Source: an uncultured delta proteobacterium (lineage in GTDB: Bacteria > Desulfobacterota > Syntrophia > Syntrophales > UBA2185). Taken from it: a stretch of 64,000 nucleotides of DNA. Location: contig CAVSPA010000003.1 of NCBI GenBank assembly GCA_963729715.1, positions 224,001-288,000 on the forward strand. The letters run 5' to 3'. This document shows, in pieces, positions 58,507 to 64,000 of the stretch; the stretch's first letter is position 1; each line of letters opens with the position of its first letter. Position numbers and translations under genes: made by a program. The notes below the pieces were generated by a model. The model was not told the origin of the DNA and searched no databases. It saw nothing but the letters and a program-made list of their open reading frames with translations.

Positions 58507-59430
58507 TTACTGCCGTGATGGAGCGGGCTTGCTGAAAAAAAGATCAGAAGGATTGGCCTCGATCCTTTCCAGAAGCCTGTCCAGACTCTCCGATGCCCGT
58601 CTCAGGTTTTCCGTGGCGGTTTGTATATCTACCGCCGATGTCCGGGCAGTCCTGCCGAGGGCATCCATCACCTGATTTGCCTTCACTGCTGTGTCTTTGA
58701 GCCTCATGTCCTTGACATCGCTGTTCAGTTTAGTGAGGAGGGAACGCGCCTCAGCTAGCGCCTGTCTCGCTTCTGCGATGGCTCCTCCGAGGTTGCCTTC
58801 GGCCATGATTTTGTCCAGCCGCTTCATGGATTTGTCGAGGGCCGCTGTCGATGATTCGAGGTTAGACATAATCCGTTTCATTTGGGCGCTGGCGAAGAAG
58901 TTATCCGCGGACTCGGCTGTGGTCTTGATTTTTTCTGAGATGCCCTGGAAGTCGACATGGTTTATTTTCTCAATAACCTCATAGATGCCGGAAAGAATCT
59001 GCTTCGTTTCGGAAGGCCTGGACGGGATGACGGGATATTCAGCGGCAAAGCTGATCTGGGGTGAGAGTTTCATCGCTTCGGGTTGCTGCTGATCCAACTC
59101 GACAAAGACGATGCCGGTGATTCCCACTGCCTTGAGCTGCGTCACCGTATTCCTTGCCACATCGTCCTTCAGGTTGATCTTCATTACCACCTCGATGAGC
59201 TTATTGTCGGGGGCCACGCCGATCTTTGCAATCCTCCCGACTTCCACTCCCCGGTACTTCACGCTGGAGTCTTTCTGGAGACCCTGGACGGATTCGTCAA
59301 AATAGGTTACGTACATCGTCCCCTTTTCGAAATATTGCGAGGCGCCGATCCACACGACAATGCTTACCCCGACGATGATGCCTATGGTGACAAAAAGACC
59401 TATCATAAAAGTTGATGCCCGCCTGGCCAT
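58507..59430 (-). CDS. mlaD: MlaD/MCE-domain protein
   Basis: FDESVQGL...VKYRGVEVG...GITG, followed by a helical tail. Confidence 0.88.
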   Translation of the reverse strand: MARRASTFMIGLFVTIGIIVGVSIVVWIGASQYFEKGTMYVTYFDESVQGLQKDSSVKYRGVEVGRIAKIGVAPDNKLIEVVMKINLKDDVARNTVTQLKAVGITGIVFVELDQQQPEAMKLSPQISFAAEYPVIPSRPSETKQILSGIYEVIEKINHVDFQGISEKIKTTAESADNFFASAQMKRIMSNLESSTAALDKSMKRLDKIMAEGNLGGAIAEARQALAEARSLLTKLNSDVKDMRLKDTAVKANQVMDALGRTARTSAVDIQTATENLRRASESLDRLLERIEANPSDLFFSKPAPSRQ

Positions 59431-59432
59431 TG

Positions 59433-60206
59433 CTACAAACCTCCCTCTTCTACACCTGTTGCTTTCCTGTTGAAGTAATTGACGACCCTGAGGTCCTGGG
59501 AATGTTCCTTGAGTTCTGCCGGGTCTCCCTGGGCTATGATGCCCCGGACGCTCTTGTCCAGGATGATGACCCTCTGGGCGAGACCAAATATTGACGCAAG
59601 TTCCTGAGTGACAATAACCATAGTCGTTCCCATGGCAGTGTTGATGCTTCTTATGAGGATGTCCAGTTCCGCTGCGGTAACCGGGTCGAGCCCCGCCCAG
59701 GGCTCGTCGAAGAAAAGAAGCAGCGGGTCAAGCGCCATGGCCCTCGCGAGGGCAGCCCTTTTCCTCATACCACCGGAGAGTTCCGAGGGCATATGGTTCT
59801 CATGTCCGGGCAGATTGACCAAGGCGAGTTTCATTTTCACAATGCGATCAATCATGGCTGGCGAGAGATCCGTGTATTCATACAAGGGCAGAGCGATGTT
59901 TTCGAAGAGCGTCATGGAGCCGAACAGGGCGTCCGCCTGGAACAGGACGCCGATTGTTTTTTGGATCTGTCGCATGGTCTCTTCATCGGCTTCGGTTATA
60001 TCCGTCCCGTTGATAATAATCCGTCCTGAAGAGGGTGTTAGGAGACCATTGAGATGCTTCAGGAGGGTGGACTTGCCGCACCCGCTCCCCCCGAGGAGCA
60101 TGAATATCTCGCCATGGCCGACCCGGAAGCTGACGTTTTCCAGAATAATGGTATCGCCATAACGGGCGGTGAGATTTTCCACTTCGATGATGGATTCCTT
60201 ATTCAT
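59433..60206 (-). CDS. mlaF: MlaF-like ABC ATPase
   Basis: GGSGCGKST, LSGGMRKR and FFDEP motifs. Confidence 0.88.
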   Translation of the reverse strand: MNKESIIEVENLTARYGDTIILENVSFRVGHGEIFMLLGGSGCGKSTLLKHLNGLLTPSSGRIIINGTDITEADEETMRQIQKTIGVLFQADALFGSMTLFENIALPLYEYTDLSPAMIDRIVKMKLALVNLPGHENHMPSELSGGMRKRAALARAMALDPLLLFFDEPWAGLDPVTAAELDILIRSINTAMGTTMVIVTQELASIFGLAQRVIILDKSVRGIIAQGDPAELKEHSQDLRVVNYFNRKATGVEEGGL

Positions 60207-60246
60207 GCGGTCTTTCTCGCTATTCGTTATTCTGTCCTTTTGATCG

Positions 60247-61395
60247 TTATCTTACGTAATGAAGGATGATGGCAAACGCCGAGTCCGCGACAATAATGAG
60301 GAATATCGCTGATACGACCGCCGATGTAGTAAACGTGCCCACCGATTCCGCCCCTTCACGAACCTGGAATCCTCTCTGACAGCCGATTCCGGCAATAAGT
60401 CCGGCGAAGACGGCAGACTTAACCAGACTCGATACGATATCGAAGACGGCAATACCTTGCCGGGTCTGCTGGATGTAAGAGTAGGTGGTAAGATCGAGCC
60501 CCACGACACCGACCACGAGGCCGCCCAGTATGGCGAAAAGATCGGCATACAAGGTCAAAAGGGGTACGACAAGGATAGTCGCCAAAAATTTGGGCACAGC
60601 GAGGAACTGGATTGGCTCAAACCCCATGGCCTTCAGCGCATTAACCTCGTCATTCACAATCATCGTACCGATCTCAGCCGCAAATGCCGATCCTGAGCGT
60701 CCGGCCACCAGGATGGCGGTCATGATGGGCCCCAGCTCCTTCACCATGGCAATTGCCACGAGGGATGCCACGTATATGTTCGCGCCGAACTGCTTGAGCT
60801 GTAATGAAGACATGAAGGCCATGATGAGTCCCATGAGAAGGCCGATAAGCCCGACAATGGGAAGGCCGTCGACACCGGCCCTCTTCATGTAGTAGAGGAC
60901 ATCATTCCACCGCATCGAGCGCGGTTTGCGGAGACTGCTGATAAGGGCGAGTATAAGCTCGCCCACGAAACTCATAACCTCGACGAAATCATTAAGAAGG
61001 AACCGGGTGGCTTCTCCCATCTGCTCCAGGACATTCGGGGGTTTCCGCTCCGGGACAAGGGGCGGGATGTGATGCGCTTTTTTGTCAAGCAGATTCAGGA
61101 TGCCTTTGACGTTGTCGGTGATACCATGAAAAGTGACAGAAGCTGACCGGGCCTTCTGTTCCTCCTCCAGTTGGAATAAGGCGAGTGTCCCTGCACTGTC
61201 GAGGTACGTGACTCCAGCGATATCCACCATCAATTTCTTCAAAGGCTTATCTTGCAGCATTCCCCTGGCGTCAGACGTGAAGTCATTCAGATCGTCAAGG
61301 GCAATACGGCCTGAGACGAAGAGAATCACATCCCCCGGCTCGCGGTCTTCGCTACGGAGGTCATACTCTTTTTTCCCGACAAGAGGAGCTTTCAT
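60247..61395 (-). CDS. mlaE: MlaE-family permease with an N-terminal STAS domain
   Basis: LDSAG (STAS); ELGPIMTAILVAGRSGSAFAAEIG. Confidence 0.9.
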   Translation of the reverse strand: MKAPLVGKKEYDLRSEDREPGDVILFVSGRIALDDLNDFTSDARGMLQDKPLKKLMVDIAGVTYLDSAGTLALFQLEEEQKARSASVTFHGITDNVKGILNLLDKKAHHIPPLVPERKPPNVLEQMGEATRFLLNDFVEVMSFVGELILALISSLRKPRSMRWNDVLYYMKRAGVDGLPIVGLIGLLMGLIMAFMSSLQLKQFGANIYVASLVAIAMVKELGPIMTAILVAGRSGSAFAAEIGTMIVNDEVNALKAMGFEPIQFLAVPKFLATILVVPLLTLYADLFAILGGLVVGVVGLDLTTYSYIQQTRQGIAVFDIVSSLVKSAVFAGLIAGIGCQRGFQVREGAESVGTFTTSAVVSAIFLIIVADSAFAIILHYVR

Positions 61396-61594
61396 AATCT
61401 TCCCAAAGAGTGATGGTGTCTGCGCCTTAACTATATAAAATATAGATTAAGCTTAGTCCGGGTGTCAAGGAGAAGTACCTGAATTTTGTTGAATTATATT
61501 GTATCGGGAAACATAGACCGTTGAGGCTTGGCCTGATAAATAATGGGGTGATGCTTTTTTAAAAGCTATCAATTACCCAAGAGGACGCCCCAAG

Positions 61595-62029
61595 ATGCTG
61601 ATGATAACGCGTCTCAAAAAATTATATTCTTATCTGCTGATAGTACTCTTCTTCGCCCTGATTTCGGCGTGCGCCGCCCCCAAGCATCATATCCTGCAAA
61701 CTGAAAAGGATTATCAGCAGGCCTTCAACCGCGTCTATTTCCAAGGCCATGCCCAGATGGAAGTGCCTGTCAACTATGGCCGAATAGATCTGTTAACAGG
61801 AGACTATGCTATGGAAGTGGAGAGGATCGATAAATTCCACGAAGGCATAGGCCAGGCGCTGCGCTATGCCAAGGAGACGGGCAGAAAACCCGGCCTCGCC
61901 GTCTTTATCACAGATCCCACGGAACATGAGCTTGAGAAATTGAAATACGTGCGGAAGCTCTGTCAGTCCCTCGCCATCAAGGTATGGTATATCAACGAGG
62001 AATTCGAAAAGGCGCACAAAAAAAAGTGA
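61595..62029 (+). CDS. Putative lipoprotein with a PD-(D/E)xK-like motif
   Basis: Lipobox-like ISAC; EV...GRIDLL...AMEVE...GIGQALRY. Confidence 0.65.
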   Translation: MLMITRLKKLYSYLLIVLFFALISACAAPKHHILQTEKDYQQAFNRVYFQGHAQMEVPVNYGRIDLLTGDYAMEVERIDKFHEGIGQALRYAKETGRKPGLAVFITDPTEHELEKLKYVRKLCQSLAIKVWYINEEFEKAHKKK

Positions 62030-62220
62030 GCGCCACTTGTGAGGATGTCCATCCATACCGGCTCCCCAGTAAAGAGGAAGTTAGCAACAGGGGTCGTCTG
62101 TTTCGTTAACTTACGAGTCCCCGCCGGATCGTGTCTCGTAGCTTTTTCATTAATTTTAATCCCGTGACGACAATAAGACTTGACAGCATTATGGAGCGCG
62201 TGTTATTTACCAAACGGTAT

Positions 62221-62236
62221 AACTAACTGGTTAGTT
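62221..62236. promoter_or_regulatory. Putative TetR operator
   Basis: Palindrome AACTAAC-TG-GTTAGTT, downstream of TTGACA (62180) and 30 nt before the tetR start. Confidence 0.65.
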
Positions 62237-62265
62237 TATTATCGACTCTTTACGGAGGTGCAAGA

Positions 62266-62898
62266 ATGTATCTTCCAGCATCAGCCGGTAAAAAAGGCGT
62301 AAGTGTCAAGCGCATCCTCAAGGCCGCGGCGAGCGTCTTTTCGGAGTCCGGCTTTTCCGGGGCGCGCGTGGATGAGATTGCGAAGCGCGCGGGTGTCAAT
62401 AAAGCCATGATTTATTATCACATCGGCGACAAGGAAAAGCTTTATGCGGAAGTCATCAGCAACATTATCGGCAACACAGCAGAGATGATCGCGGGTAAGA
62501 TAAGAGACATACGCGACCCTGAAGAAAAGCTACGCGTCTATGTACGCACCTTTGCCCGCAATATAGACGATAATCCTCAGGTTGCTCCGGTAATGATGCG
62601 TGAAGTAGCCTCCGGAGGAAAACATCTTCCGGAAGTAGTGGCGCGGGATATTTTCCATATCGTAAATATGCTCAGAGGGATCCTTAAAGAAGGTGTGGAA
62701 AAGGGAATCTTCATAGAAACGGTTCCCTTCCTCATACACATAATGGTTATGGGCGCCATGATAACCTACAAGACCAGCGCACCTATAAGGGCCAGGTATA
62801 ACTGGCTGCCTCCCGGTATAAGGAAATTGGATGACAGGATATCCGGAAATATTGCCGGTGAAATCGAGAATCTCATCTTAAGAGCCGTGAAGACATGA
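62266..62898 (+). CDS. TetR/AcrR-family regulator
   Basis: ARVDEIAKRAGVNKAMIYYH HTH. Confidence 0.93.
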   Translation: MYLPASAGKKGVSVKRILKAAASVFSESGFSGARVDEIAKRAGVNKAMIYYHIGDKEKLYAEVISNIIGNTAEMIAGKIRDIRDPEEKLRVYVRTFARNIDDNPQVAPVMMREVASGGKHLPEVVARDIFHIVNMLRGILKEGVEKGIFIETVPFLIHIMVMGAMITYKTSAPIRARYNWLPPGIRKLDDRISGNIAGEIENLILRAVKT

Positions 62899-62911
62899 AG
62901 GGATGGGGAAT

Positions 62912-64000
62912 ATGCGGACGAAGAATGTGCATGTGATTTTTTCTGTGACGATATTGCTTTTTTGTATTACTCATGAGACAGCTCTATCTGCGGAAAGGCT
63001 GACTCTGCAGCAGAGTATCGATCTGGCCTTAAGGCAGAGTGTTCTTATCCAGTCGGCTCAGGAAGGGGTAAAAGGGGCGGAAGCCCAGAAGCGGGAGGCT
63101 TTTACGGGATTTCTGCCGAAGTTCAGCACCTATTATAGTTACTCGCGGCTAAATGTGGACCCGACGCTGACTGCCACGCTTCCAGGCGCGCCGGGTCCCG
63201 TTACACTGGTCACAGGGACAAAGGATAATTACAGCTGGGCTGTGGAAGTAAAACAACCCATCTTTGCCGGCGGAGGAATACTCGCAAATTATGAGGCGGG
63301 CCGTCTCGGCCATGAAATCGCGTCGCTGGATGAAACGGCTGTTGTTCAGGACATAGTACAGGAGGTTAGGGTAGCCTATTTCAATATTCTGAAGGCGGAG
63401 AGGGGCCTCGACGTGGCAAGACAATCGGTGGAGCAGCTCGAAGCGCACCGCAGCATGGCCCAGGATTTTTTTGATGTCGGTGTGATTCCCAAGAACGATC
63501 TCCTCCGCGCCGAAGTGGAGCTCGCGAATAGCAGGCAGAATCTCGTCCGGGCGGAAAACGCCTTGGAGACAGCAAAAGCTAAATTCAATACTGTCGTCCG
63601 TAGGGAAATAGATACTCCGACTGAAGTCGAAGACATTCTTGCCCTGAAGCCGTACACAAAGACCTTCGATGAATGCCAGAAGCTTGCCATGGAAAAAAGG
63701 CCGGAAGTGAAGTCCTACACCCGGAAAGTCGAACAGTTACAGAAACTGGTAAAACTGGCCAAGAGTGAATATCTCCCTTCTATAAATGTCGTCGGCCATT
63801 TTGAACGCTACGGCGACAACGCCAATGTTAACGGCAGCCCCTATAAGAATCAGGACAACACGTATGTCATGGGGATGGCTACCTGGAATTTCTGGGAGTG
63901 GGGCCGAACAAAAAACCGGGTAGACGCCAGCCGCTCCCGGGAGAATCAGACGGCATACGCATTGGACAATATAAAAGATCAGGTCACTCTCGAGGTAAAG
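62912..64000 (+). CDS. TolC-family outer membrane efflux protein, partial (runs off the window end)
   Basis: Manual translation MRTKNVHVIFS...LTLQQSIDLAL...FLPKFS...QPIFAGG...VRVAYFNIL, apparently open to the end. Confidence 0.88.
   Translation, partial: MRTKNVHVIFSVTILLFCITHETALSAERLTLQQSIDLALRQSVLIQSAQEGVKGAEAQKREAFTGFLPKFSTYYSYSRLNVDPTLTATLPGAPGPVTLVTGTKDNYSWAVEVKQPIFAGGGILANYEAGRLGHEIASLDETAVVQDIVQEVRVAYFNILKAERGLDVARQSVEQLEAHRSMAQDFFDVGVIPKNDLLRAEVELANSRQNLVRAENALETAKAKFNTVVRREIDTPTEVEDILALKPYTKTFDECQKLAMEKRPEVKSYTRKVEQLQKLVKLAKSEYLPSINVVGHFERYGDNANVNGSPYKNQDNTYVMGMATWNFWEWGRTKNRVDASRSRENQTAYALDNIKDQVTLEVK

Overview
This is a gene-dense 64 kb segment of an anaerobic Gram-negative bacterium. 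Gene content suggests a syntroph-like deltaproteobacterium (inference). Housekeeping and metabolic blocks include a PAS-LuxR regulator with ptb-ptb-buk, a 2-hydroxyacyl-CoA dehydratase/BCR-type cluster with a CoA ligase, pxpABC with a HAAT ABC transporter, a four-subunit 2-oxoacid:ferredoxin oxidoreductase, a DASS transporter, a liv operon, an Mla/Pqi-type operon and TetR-TolC. The most unusual stretch is 42960-45100, where three group II intron RNAs are nested. B sits in domain III of A, and C sits in catalytic domain V of B. Each junction is supported by EBS1-IBS1 complementarity. The B and C RT genes are reduced to small fragments, no A RT is present, and the 3' parts of A and B are missing. 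Other notable items are a DedA-rhodanese probable selenoprotein (CSU motif) that the ORF track truncates, a GNAT-deacetylase fusion, and a five-gene cluster of secreted Ig-like proteins with an outer-membrane barrel. There is also a gamma-glutamyltransferase reduced to its two ends, an IS1182 element inserted in a palindromic repeat, and several dispersed palindromic repeat families. No rRNA, tRNA or CRISPR array was seen.
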